A stretch of 62,147 nt of DNA, counting the filler, from Dicyema japonicum (taxonomy: Eukaryota > Animalia > Dicyemida), in the NCBI GenBank assembly GCA_011109175.1. It is 7 parts of 7 records of this genome, joined end to end, with 100 filler letters (N's around TTAATTAATTAA, not from the genome) between each part and the next. Parts side by side here need not be neighbours in the genome. Positions count along the whole stretch, not along the records: positions 4,847 to 29,383 come from RDEW01000143.1; positions 29,484 to 38,987 come from RDEW01000084.1; 5 more parts are not named here. The stretch is one strand, 5' to 3'. The translations under genes were made by a program, and so were the position numbers. Below are positions 22,280 to 34,452 of this stretch, piece by piece. Position 1 is the stretch's first letter; the number at the start of each line of letters is the position of its first letter. The notes below the pieces were generated by a model, which had not been told where the DNA came from, made no database searches, and saw only the letters and a program-made list of their open reading frames with translations.

Positions 22280-23220
22280 AGAAGAAATTTCACCGAAGGA
22301 CAGTGATGCATGTGACGTTTTCATGAGAGCTAAGATCGATTCCAGAAGGAAAAGGTATTTCATTTTTTTATTTTTAGATTGCATGGGCGAGGTAAAAAGT
22401 ACACACACGTTTTTGTTGGATACTTCCGATGATTGTTTAAGTTGGCCACTGAAAGTTACGAAGACACTTGTCAAATCAAATATTCCTCTCTATAAGATGA
22501 GCCATCCTTCTTGTTAAACTTTTTTAAAGAGTAAACATACCCATTACCATGTGAAACAAATTCCAGGATTTGCGTGAAACAGATTTCCACCGAATAAATA
22601 AATGAAATTATTTGCCGCTTAAGGTTTCTCATAAAAATAATAGTAATGGTGGACAATATATTTGTTTATTGTTGACCAAGAGCAAATTAGAGGGAACATG
22701 TACATAATTTCTTTGACGGGGAATGTTGCCGTTCCAAATTGATCGATTTTGTGAATTGTATGTTGACGAATTAATGTCGGGAATAAAGGCTTCGGTTGTA
22801 AAAAACAAAAAAGAATAGAATTCTTTTCTATAATTGGACAACCACCTCACTTGGTTGTCACAAGATGGGGTAGTTGGCTACCCGCAGCAAAATATTACTC
22901 TGAATCTTCCTGAAAAAGTTCAGATTGTTTCAGAATTTAGCAGAGACGGAGTATTGTGATTGTAAAACCGACTTTTTTTATAACTACTTGATATGAAAAT
23001 AAATAATGCTATTTTTTCTATTTTTCCAAAAAATTTGCTACTTTCCGGTTGCTTTAGTAAGGAAACTGGTGTCCTTTTGGCTGAGAAGACATCGATGGGA
23101 AGAGACATAAATTAGAGACATGTCCATTCCGCATGGGTTTTTGAGCAGACATTTGAACTAGAGTGGTCTTTTCAGGTTCAGATAGATTTCAAGACAATAT
23201 TCTTCCCAACCATAGAATAG
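22280..23220 (+). mobile_element. Degenerate hAT-like (DUF659-type) transposase
   Basis: DSRRKRYFIFLF...TFLLDT, DELMSGIKASVVKNK, IGQPPHLVVTRWGSWLPAAKYYS (the P..TRWGxWLxAA.YY motif), and ELEWSF near the end. Frameshifted. Confidence 0.7.
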
Positions 23221-25339
23221 TAGAGATTGGTTTCAAATTTTATTTGCTTCTCTTCGACCAACCAAACGATTATACTCATCAAGAAGGCCAATCCTTATTA
23301 TTCACGTAGGAAAGGGCATCCACCGGACATGTGAGTGAATGCTTATCTTAAGTATCGATGACTTTGTTCTGACATATCCACGATTGGGTGAAGACATCAA
23401 ACGCATCAGAAAGAACAATTAAAGGAAATCGAATATAACAAACTGCGACCTCATTTCCGTTAACGGCGGTATTATCGAAATAAATAATCAAGATATTTCG
23501 CACACATTCGGTATGTACTCCTGCGTTCACTCAACTGTCGACAATTTCAACTCATGGGAATATTCATTTATTGACGCGTAGTCCAAATCACTCAATTGAG
23601 ACTTGAATTAGCTCATGAATGAAATTCTCCATAAGAATTCAACCTTGTTATTGTGAAATAGCTCTTGTTTTGCTTTTGGTACTTTGTGAGTGAAGTATTG
23701 AGCGCTAGTAGAGTGAGTTGATGACTTAACAGTTCAACTTCCTTAAATATACGCGTTACGATTGAATACACACATTTGTGTTAAACCAAGTGATTAATTA
23801 ATCAGATGCTTTAGGAGGTGTCGTACCTTTGTCTACTCAGCTTCATGATTGTTGAAGGCCCTTGTTTCCTTCTCGTGATCATTAAACGATGACAGACCTA
23901 GAATACATTGAAAACCTAAAGTTTTATATAAAAGAAGCGTCTGGTCACATAGGATCCAGATTTGAATCCAGTCCAGCTGTAATTGGAAAAACTTGGAGGA
24001 TAATCTATCACAAGTTCCCATTTCTGTGCACGTGATTGCCGTCAGAGAATTTGACAAATTATTATACAAGACAGTGATCCGTAATTAAGGGACTAAATAT
24101 GATTGTGGTGACCTCCTTCTAGCACACTTCATGTTTTTATCGCCTTGTTAGAGATTTTCATCTTTAACCTTTGGTTCATTCAGCGATGTAGGATCTTATT
24201 GAAGGTCAGTACCCGTTTGCTGCTTGAAGAGACCAAATGAATCAAGAATATTAGTAAATATAACTTAATGCTTATCAAATCCGATTTTTCTTTACGTGGA
24301 CTTGGTTTTGCATACACAATCAAGATTTCACTGATCAACAATATTCAGGAGGTAGATTTGATAGAAAACATTAGGACAGACTTGTCATAGAGAACAGGCC
24401 ACGTGGAAAGAAGATCTTATTGGTTTGTGGCTAACAGAATTTCCTAAAAAATTAAACTTATAATTGCCTCTCCCAGGTGGAGATTCGCTCAGTCAAAACC
24501 AATGTTCTACCGAGTCAATTCACTATACAGCTCAGCTCTCGGTATAGAGAGCAGTACAAGTTTATGATTTTCTACTTTTTCCATTGATAGATTTTTTACT
24601 CAGGGAAACTATAGATGTTAAACGAATTCCTTCACTTTTGTAAAGAAAGCAGAAACCCATTCTTCTATACCTGTTCCAGACAAAAGAAATTCGGTTGGCT
24701 CTTAAGTTCCTTCAAAATCGATTTCCTGTACTAGCGCGAAGGAAGGGGCTTCCGGGCGGTGCTGGGTACAATGGAAGACCAAGACGTAAGATGATCATCT
24801 AACTGTTCGGTGAATGAGAAATTCCAGATCACAGTACATGTGACTAACTACCAACGAGATACAGAAAAGTTCCAAGAGACATCATCTTGGCCCATACTAT
24901 GTCTTTCTCTCCTGTCGATTTATTTGTTATAAATAATCATTAAACTAAAAAAATATTTAATTTCTTAAATATATAATTTTCCGTGGTTCTGTCCACCTAT
25001 GTTGTAACTCAGGCTTCCCATTAAGCATACAAAATTATTTATAATTTAATAATAAATTAAATATGTTTTTAAAGTCACAGTTTTTCGTAATCTATACTGT
25101 CAATACTGGATTGCAAGATTATATGAACAGAATCGAACAACGGTTGATCAAGCTGATTTTCCAACTTCCAACAGAATCATTAGAGATAAGAGATATGGAG
25201 CATTTGAAAGTCAAGATTCCTGAGCAGAAAGACCGTTATAGGTCCATCTGCTAATATAAATGAGAGGTTTCGGTACTTTTGTAATACATGCTTCACAAAA
25301 TAAGACTCTAAATGAATTAATGAAATTTTTTAATGAATA

Positions 25340-25777
25340 AATGGCAGGCTTCCCGGCAGTACTAAAGCCTGTGGGATTGAACCGCGGAGATGGGAAAAGA
25401 CCGGATGAATTAACTATCTTTCAGTTCACTGAGGGAAAATCGCTCGTATGGACTGCACTGTTGTGGATTCTTTCTCGAACTCGATGATACTCAGTTTGGC
25501 GCAGTCTGTTGGATCGGCAGCTGATCTGGCCGATAAAATCAAGACTAAAAAATATGGCGAAATTGGAAACCGCTACTGTTTTGTACCGGTAGCAATCGAG
25601 ATTTCTGGTGCGGCCGTAAGTATTACAGCCTCATTCTTAAAGGAAATCCGGGTGAAATCGGCCCACCGTAAGAAAAACGTGCGGCGAGCGGTCTGGCTGA
25701 GGCAACAAATTGGGATTGCAATTGTCCACGGAAACGCTTACTCTGTAATGTCAGCAGCCGCTCTTCCCGATAGTTAA
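25340..25777 (+). mobile_element. CRE-clade LINE 3' fragment (RLE domain)
   Basis: [36 protein letters not shown] and IGIAIVHGNA. Confidence 0.85.
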
Positions 25778-25899
25778 TAAATAATATTTTATTGTTAATA
25801 AATTCTTAATTTGTAGAAAAAAAATTAATGAAAAAATTTAAAAAATTGAACAATCCGAATTTGTAAATATTAATATTATTTTTTTTTAAATAAAGAAGA

Positions 25900-26068
25900 A
25901 GCGCCGGAAGGGGACCACGTCATGCTGCTCTGAATGATGTGATCGTCAGAGCTCTGAAGGCTTCAGGCTTCCCAGCACAGCTTGAACCAGTGGGTCTTGA
26001 TCGAGGAGATGGGAAGAGACCTGACGGGATGACCCTTTTCCCCTTCACGTCTGGAAGATCTTTGGTCT
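25900..26068 (+). mobile_element. CRE-clade LINE fragment
   Basis: [50 protein letters not shown]. Confidence 0.85.
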
Positions 26069-26125
26069 NTATTAAATTTTGTGATTAATTTTAAATAATA
26101 ATAATTTTAAAAAGTTTTTATACAC

Positions 26126-26275
26126 CGCGCAGAGGTCAAGATTGTCCCGATTGTAATCAGTTGGGATGGACATTCGTGGAAGTATGCCAGATCTTTGAAT
26201 ATAAGTGAAAGAACGTATGCGTATGTTCAATCGCTGGTAATCAAGAATACTTTGGAGAGTATGATTGTATCATAA
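26126..26275 (+). mobile_element. R4/Dong-like RLE element 3' fragment (second, diverged copy)
   Basis: EVKIVPIVISWDG...YARSLNISERTYAYVQSLVIKNTLESM parallels the 6934-7268 peptide. Confidence 0.7.
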
Positions 26276-26579
26276 AGGAATCAAGTCGAAGTTTTGCGGT
26301 GTTATGATAAACTTAATGAAGGGATAAAGGATATTCACTCTCGGTCTGATTAGAAAGAAATCCAAGAGAAGAGTGTGAGCGAAGTGATGACAATATATAT
26401 TGAGGAAAAGGAATGTAGTTGCTCAAAAAGGAAACGAATTGGATAGACAACATTTTAATTAGAATTAACTTTTTAAGATAAAAAGGGAATAATTGTTTTA
26501 TTTTGAAAAGTTAATTAAATTTTGCGGTTTTTCTTCAAAGCCTTTATTTGATAATAAATATTGTCATAAATTTAATTGC

Positions 26580-26990
26580 TGTCATGATTGCAAGCGTGAT
26601 TCGCTCAAATGACCAGCAGCGCTCACGGGGGTCTCCTGATCGTGTATAAATCCGATTCCCTAGACGAGTCAAGAATTCCAGAGTCGCAGGCGTAATGAAC
26701 CAGACGTCTCAACGGCGATCGGAACGAACAAAAAATCATTGAGTAGGATCGTGTACTTTGCAAGTTTCAACCTCTCGGCCTCTTCAGTGGCAGAACAGGC
26801 TCAAGAGGCATTCTGGAGTAGGTCGCAAGGGCTAATGTGTTGGTGCAGGTGACGTTCCAGGCTGTTTCAAAAAGAAAGATTGTCATCACATCCGGTCTTT
26901 TTCCGTCACACCTGCAAAGACCAACTAGTTCAAGCATCGAAGAGTATCCGGCAGCGTCCAAAGCTCACCTAACTACTTTGTTCAAGGGCA
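26580..26990 (-). mobile_element. CRE-clade LINE 3' fragment
   Basis: ELVGLCRCDGKRPDVMTIF, WNVTCTNTLA, EEAERLKLAKY and FVPIAVETSG. Confidence 0.85.
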
Positions 26991-27189
26991 TGTGTCTGCA
27001 CTNATATCACAAGCCGGTAAAAAATTCAAAATTTTATTTTAAAAATTTTATAATAATATTTACAAATTCGTCATTGTTCATTTTTTTTATTTTTAGATCT
27101 AATATTAAAAAAAATTTCATTAATTCATTTAAAGCTTTATTTTGTGAAGCATGTATTGAAAAAGAACCGAGGTTTCTGTACCAATCATC

Positions 27190-27885
27190 AAGCCAACACC
27201 GACTTGCCTGTCTAGTCACAGGAAGATGCAAATGGAGTGGCACATGGATCAATACTCTTCCTGTCGGACGCGCTGGGACCCACATTGATGAAGATATTGT
27301 CTGCATCGGTATTTCCATCAGACTTGGACTCAAGATTCCCCAGACTTCAGGTGGCGGTGCGGTGGTGCCGTCGACTGTTATAGACATTATTCTCTTTCTT
27401 GCCGAAGAAGTGCAGGACGATTCCCAAGACATAAGGTGATCAACGGAATTCTTAAGCGAACCTTGGAGTCAAATGGATACCCTTCCATATTTAACTGATT
27501 GGCTTGACAGATGATACGGAAAACAGCCGGACGGAATTAAAATTTTTCTATTCGAGGTGGGGAAGCCATTGGTATGGGATACCAGGTGGATCGACCCCTT
27601 TGTTCATTCAGCATTGTCGGGAGCGCGGTAGACACACTGTATGCCCGAGAAAAAACAATGAAAGAAAAAGAAAAAATAAAAAGCGTTACACGATCTGTTC
27701 ATGTTCTGCCTCATAGTAGTTGAAGTAACAGAAGGAATAAGCGGGAAATCGCTTCGCTTCTTAAAGAAACTGGAACGCCTAGCTATGCTAAAAAGCAACG
27801 ACGTCGTGAAACTAGGTGGCTTCTCTAGTTAATCTCTGTTGCAATCGTAAGAGGCAACGCAACGTCGATTATGTTGGCGGGGATC
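27190..27885 (+). mobile_element. CRE-clade LINE 3' fragment (degenerate Zn finger + RLE)
   Basis: SGTWINTLP..GTHIDEDIV.IGISIRLG, WDTRWID, KRKNKKRY and ISVAIVRGNA, with frameshifts. Confidence 0.8.
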
Positions 27886-28839
27886 ATTATTTAATTGATT
27901 TTTGTGTTTTTGATTAATATAAATTTATTCATTTTTGATTTATTCATTTTAAAAATAATTCACTTTTGGCTTTATAACATTAGCAGTGTTTAACCTCTTG
28001 CAAATGTCTTCGATAAATAGACCATCAATTTTCTTAGAATTGTTTAGAACACCATAAATACAGTTTTTGGACAAAATCACTTTTTCCTTTATTCTTCAAT
28101 GTCTTTAGATTCCTTGGTATGGAAAATTATACATTTCTTTCTTAATTGACCTACGTCCTCCGAAAGTTGTGTATGGTTCAATGGTATTACAATTGTAGTG
28201 GACGATTTTCATAATCAAATTCAACGCGAACAATAAAAAATTTAATTTTGGACAAAAGAAACAAATCAGACATCAGCAACCAAGTGAGCACTGCCGATGG
28301 CATTTCACTTAACCAACTCTCCTCAGAAGGATCTCCTAGGCTTGACGAGATTGCGTTTTCTATCTCTCAGAGAACATCTCTGCCGACATGCGCGTCTACA
28401 TCAGCAGTCTCGAACACATTTGGGACGATGAGAAACGGCCCCCAAGCGCAAAATATTTATCCAGCTTTCTCTGTTCGGCAGAGTAAGTGGCCGGAGAATC
28501 CAAGTTTTATTGGGTATTTTATTTGTCAGGAAAAAAGGCAATCATCTTCCAAAAATACATTCAGCCTGAATCCTTACAAGAATTAATCAAAAACAGAAGA
28601 ATTAGAAAGAAAGAGTCAAATTTGCATCCACATAGACAAAATACAAAGTAATCCAAAAAACAAATAAAAAGACTAATAAATCGAAAAAATCCAAATTCCG
28701 TCAAAAAAGCCCGCTTAAATATTTTCTCAATGTACGATTCTAAATGTGGTAATATCAACAAATCTTTGCGTATTAACGAAGGCCATAATTGTCCCCTCCC
28801 ATTTAATATTTTTTATTTAAATGAAATGTCTACGAAATG

Positions 28840-29383
28840 TTCGAGACAAAAACATCATGCAGAGTATCCAATTCTCGCAAGTGCGGGATTCGATGTTCTG
28901 TATGTGTTGGTTACTACCACATAGGTTGTGAAAAACTATCCAAGAAAATTGCTCGATCACTTCCCTCGTGGTCGTGCCGGTCGTGCCGTCTGGAACTCAC
29001 TAAAATTGAACCTCGTGATCATTTTGTGTCATCATCATCTGTATCAGATCTTCTGGAAGCCATGTCTCCGGAGGATTTTCTGGTTTTATTATCAAACACG
29101 CGACAGAGGAAGATTATCCCTGTCAGGATCCCCAAGGCTTCCCGGATCTCAATTGCTTCTGCCCTTTCTTCTTGCATTGAGAAAGCTGTGTCCAATGGCT
29201 CGAAAAAGGATTGGATGGTTCTTTTCTCTTTCCCTGTCCTGGCTATGGGGTTAGAGCGTAAGCCTGCCCCATCTTCTCGGAAACCCTCTCTATCCCATGT
29301 CCTGAAGAAACGTGTGAGTGCCTTTATGGATTCATGGGAGTCCCTGGCTGAAGAATTATTTGTTTCACCAGTTGATTACTTCC
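28840..29383 (+). mobile_element. 5' part of a CRE-like retrotransposon ORF with N-terminal PHD finger (cut by contig linker)
   Basis: CRVSNSRKCGIRCSVCVGYYHIGC...WSCRSC is PHD-like. It is followed by RIPKASRISIASALSSCIEKAV...W..LFSF, recalled as the pre-RT region of CRE-like elements. Confidence 0.65.
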
Positions 29384-29699
29384 NNNNNNNNNNNNNNNNN
29401 NNNNNNNNNNNNNNNNNNNNNNNNNNNTTAATTAATTAANNNNNNNNNNNNNNNNNNNNNNNNNNNNNNNNNNNNNNNNNNNNTTATGCAGACAGTTTGT
29501 GCACAGAGACGGTTTCCAAAAATTCTTTTCAAAATTTGAGCACATTTGGAATATCCAGGAATTGCTCTACTTAGGAGAATCAAATACGTAAATTCGATTT
29601 ATATTTCCTATTTTCAGCCGTTAACTTAACAAAATTTTAATTTCGCATAAAATGTATATTATATTTTATATACTTTTTAGAGATTAAACGAAACGACTG

Positions 29700-30166
29700 G
29701 TCGATGCGAGCCGACTTCGAAAACTTGTGATAAACTTTGAAAATAAACATAGGAAACTGAAGACCAAGAAATATAATAGAGTTAAAAGTATTTTGTCGTC
29801 AGGAATGGAATAAAATTTCCAAAGAAACATGCTTTAAATTAATAAAAACATACAAAAGAAGATTAGAGGCAGTAATTGTTGCGAAAGGTCATGCAACAAA
29901 ATATTAATGACGTACCGTGCCAACATTTTTTGCCCATTTAATTTTATTATTATTTTTTTCCCATTAATAACACTAATAAATTAAAAAATGCTCATTTCTT
30001 AGCCAATTATTAACATTTTAGAGATTTAAAATTATTTTCTATATCCTCAAACTCTCTAATTTTGTTAAAAAAATGATTAAAGGTAAAAATTATTTTATAT
30101 TTTATGGATAAACATGTAGAATATTAAAATTTATTAGTGGTGCCATGACTTTTTGAGCCCGCTGTA
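29700..30166 (+). mobile_element. Tc1-like transposon 3' end and right TIR
   Basis: ELKVFCRQEWNKISKETCFKLIKTYKRRLEAVIVAKGHATKY*. The terminus is GGTGCCATGACTTTTTGAGCCCGCTG|TA, with an inner repeat GTGCCAACATTTTTTG near 29918. Confidence 0.85.
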
Positions 30167-30715
30167 TATCCATTTTCTCATTTGTTAATTAACATCGTTT
30201 TTTCAGAATAAATACGGGCTACCATATTTCGTATTATTGTCTATCTGTTTATAAACATTTTATTTAAGAGTAATCTTTGGGTAGAATACATTAATTACCA
30301 CGAATGTAATAAGATAATGAAAATTAGCAAGAAAAATAATTTGAATCGATCAGGCCATTAAACGCAAATCCACCATGTCATTCTANGAAAATGTTCAGGA
30401 ATATTTGATTTCCTATTACAATAAATAATTTCGTTAATTTTTTGCATAATGTAATGTTTACAATTAAAAAAATTTATTTTTGCAATTTTTTACAATTTTT
30501 AAAATTCATTTTTGCAATTTTTTTTATTAAAAAGTGCAATTTTTTGGTTGCCCTAGTTATTAGATAATGAAAATTAGCAAGAAAAATAATTTGAATCGAT
30601 CAGGCCATTAAACGCAAATCCACCATGTCATTCTAGTCTATAAGGATATCTAATCTAGATTCGACATGGAGGATTTGNTAGCTTATGAATAAAACAAAAT
30701 TTTGCCTGTTAGTAG

Positions 30716-33700
30716 ATGAAGGTTTGTTGTACTGTTTTGAAAACCTCGACTGCTGTTATTGACAGTGCTACTGGTATTTTAATTTATTAATTAGCGCAGG
30801 TTATTTTGTTAATGACCAGGAAAAGAATTTGTTAATTGCAAAGAATTCGCACGTTGAGGTGTACAATTATGTCGACTACGAGCTGGTTCCTGTTCTTGAA
30901 ATACCAATCTACGGGAAAATTGACTGCATTAAGTTGTTCTCATCTAAAGTGATTATTCATACTGAATGTGTAGAAATGGAATAAACCAGTTTTGTTAGTA
31001 TATACTGAAAATGGGGACTTGATGGTATTGGAATGCAGGAAGGAGACAGCCAGGACAGTCCTACACGGAAAACTAGATGTACTCGATTAGTGATAGTCCA
31101 GAAAAGGCATTCTTCCCCGCCCGTGGTTGATTCGACCGGAGCATACCTGGCTGTGCAATTGAACGAGCATTCAATAAGAGTGGTATGTCTTGACCAATCG
31201 TTGACTTCCTCTACGATGCAGTGACAAGGATGTTATTATTTATAGTATGGACGAACAAGTGGTTGCCATTGCCTTTTCCGACTCTTCGTTGAGTCTGGGA
31301 ATATTATATAGTGTTAGTAATTTTTCATATTCAGAATGTCCATGGGAAGTATTTTGTTGTCCGAGAAGTGCTGGGTAGCAAAAAGTGCGGAAATCAACAA
31401 GTGAATGGTGATGTCACCGCCGCTATCCCTCGTTGTATTTTTGACTAATCTGTAGTTTGGGGTACGGATGCATTCATTCTCTATGGGGGTGGATCTGTTG
31501 TGTATATCAATAAGGACTGTGTCATGTCTCGTACATATTCACAGGTATACTTTCACTATGACGTAGACTGCCTTCATCACCTGCTGTTGTCAAGTCGGGG
31601 ATGACCACTCTAGGCTAGTCTTGGGTGATTTTAGTGGACTACTCTACTATGCCATCATTACTCGCACTGGATTGAGCATTGGCACATTCGGCCAAACGAC
31701 TATTCCTTCCACTCTACAACATTTGGGTAATGGAGTGCTTTTTGTTGGCTCGAAGATGTCGGACTCACTTATTGTTCAAGTTTTTTTCTATCGTTCCATA
31801 TCGTAGATTGTATCTGAAGAACCCGCCATAAAACAACTCACCCGGATTCCTAGTATTGGGCCTGTCGTAGATATGGGGTTTGTCGATAAAGATGAGGATA
31901 CTCATAAGTTGGTTATGTGCTCGGGGTATGGTCGTTCTGGTTCACTCAACGTGATCGAGCATGTGGTGGGCTATGACACTACTCTTAACATCGATTGTCC
32001 TCACGTCCAATGTATCGTGACAATTGCAATTTTAGATATTTCTCAGTTCATCATCGGCGACTCATCCTACCTTCTCCTCTCTACTATTGCGACATCTCAG
32101 TTGTGACTCCCTGCCCATAATAGTGTCATTTACAAGTCTTGGGAGGTTTCCATTGACTGGCTTGACAATTCATGTCCTACTCTATTAATAGAAAATGTGA
32201 AGCATTATTTGTTATATGTTAGCCTTACTGACTACCCATTCATAGGTTAACACTCATCAAATGTCACTTATACATTCCAACAATGTCATCTGCTGGTCTC
32301 CAAACGGGTCAGAGATAACCCTAGTTGTCACACACGAGTCAGTAATATTGGTTGTCCCCATCTCTACCATATACTCACTTGTTATTGGCGATGGTGATTT
32401 TCAGAACGTGAAGTTATATTTGGTTATTTTCTTGACAGATCACATTTGTTCAACCAACAAGTGTCGGCTCTCTGCCTGATCCGAGATGTTTTCGTGGTGT
32501 TCTTTTGGTCTGATAAGTCAGTCTATGTTTATGAACTGAATTTATTTTCCCTCCTCTTTTCTGCTCAAATTGGTACCCATGTGGTTATATTCTAGACCAC
32601 GTGGTTTTCAGTATGGTGTTACTTAGTTCTTCTTACTCTCAATGCCTCATTTGTTCTACTACTGATGGATATATTGCACATGCTGATTATAACTCCACCA
32701 CTCGTATGTTTTGTTTTAGTAATGTCCAGGTAGGCTCACTGATTTCGATGGTCGTTATTTGTCTCACTCTCCTACGAATTTATGCAATATTACTGTTGAT
32801 GGTCAGCCTTGTGTTGTGGCCTGCTCTTCTTCCTCTTCTCAAATACGCTACTCAGAGGACAATGTGGTGATATGTCCCACTAAGATCAGTCATTTGAGAT
32901 ATGCTGCCAATTACACTTGCCTTGATAATCTACATACGTAGTGTTGTACTTTCATTATTAGTCACATTGTTTCCGATGGAACATACGTGATGATTGGTCA
33001 ATTTGATAGTATAGAACGACTCCATTGCCACAATATTCCATTAGGGGAGACACCACGGTATTTTTTGTTAAGTAACAGTAGGCGAATAAGTTATTGTTCA
33101 AAAAATAACTTCATTCTTGTGTTGACTTGCCAACCCTCAAATGTGTCATCATTGCTTGTGTTGGATGGAGATAGTTATGACTTGATGTTTTCACATACAT
33201 TCCTCCCAGTCGAATATGCATCCAGTCTCGTAATTCTCAATACGGGGCAGTACTATTTGTATGCTGTCGGAACAGGCGATACTGAGAAGGATACATTCGA
33301 GTGCGAGGAGGGGAGGATTATATTATTTGAATGTCACAAGCAAAGTCTTAACGAGTTCAATCACGTTGACATCGATGGTTTTCCATATTGTATTGCACAG
33401 TACAAAGATAATTTCGTTGCAGCAGTGAATGGAAAGGTTAGTACAGTATTCGTTATGAATAGATAATCCTCTGCCCTGTGGTTAGCTGCACAGTCATTTC
33501 TGTACTCGACAAATATGTGGCCTGCATAAACATGACTGTATTTGGAGATTATATTGCCGTTGCTTGCTTTATGGAGTCGGTTGCTCTTCTGACAGTACAG
33601 AATAATACGCTGATCGAAGTTTATTTGTATTTTTCAATGATAGGTCAAGAGGGCCTATCGCTGTAGAAGCATCACTCATGTCCTCTTTCTAGACGATGAC

Positions 33701-34249
33701 CTGATTTTAGCATCAGATAAAAACAAGAACATATTAGTTTACAGAATAAATGCGGATTACAAACTCGAGATCGAATCATGCTACTACTTGGGGGATTCCA
33801 TAAATAGACTAATTTGTGGGCATATTACTAAATATAGTCCACAATCAAAAATTATATTTGCTACTACATCAGGAGCTTTGGGCTCTATCCAGCTTATACA
33901 AAATCAATTGGACGTAAAATTTTATTCTGCCGTTACATCTGCTTCTCTATCGGTGTGTGGTAAAGTGGGGAATATAGATTATAACAAGTTTTCCCAGTTA
34001 TTCTTATTCTAGATTCCGTCAGGAATGTTTTGCATTTCCTAAATATTATGAATATCCACTCGACTTCGATTATTTTATTGACGGGGATCTTTTACTGTCT
34101 TGTCTTAAATTTAATTCAGTTCAAATAGATCAAATCGTCACACATCTCGAGGTAGTCAGATATTCATATTTCTTTAGAGACATTTCGGTATTTCAATATC
34201 TTCTAAGGAGTTGGTCAAGACCGTTAAGAGCTTTTATTCTAATCTGTGA
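30716..34249 (+). CDS. DDB1: DNA damage-binding protein 1 (multi-exon, many ~22-31 nt introns)
   Basis: N-terminus TVLKTSTAVIDSATGYFVNDQEKNLLIAKNSHVEVY (intron 30774-30799). Internal motifs: LGDFSGLLY, LGNGVLFVGSKMSDS, IPSIGPVVDM, LVMCSGYGRSGSLNVI, HNIPLGETPR, EEGRIILF, GDYIAVACFMESV, IIFATTSGALG, FIDGDL. Stop at 34247-34249. Confidence 0.93.
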
Positions 34250-34452
34250 TTTACATTTATTATTATTTTTTACTTTGTTTTTTTATTTTATCTTCTAAAT
34301 TGTCGCGGAAATGACAAAATTTTATTTTAAATTCATTTAAAAATTAAGTATTTCAGATCAATAACGTCATAATTCGAAATAATCAATCTGGTTAATTAGA
34401 CCGATTAAGCGTACAACTTAAATATCATTATTGCCGTATGTATTTTCCTAAA

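Noticed and set aside
30310-30640. ~76-bp direct repeat upstream of DDB1
   Set aside because: The first copy ends at a single N, suggesting a scaffolding overlap.
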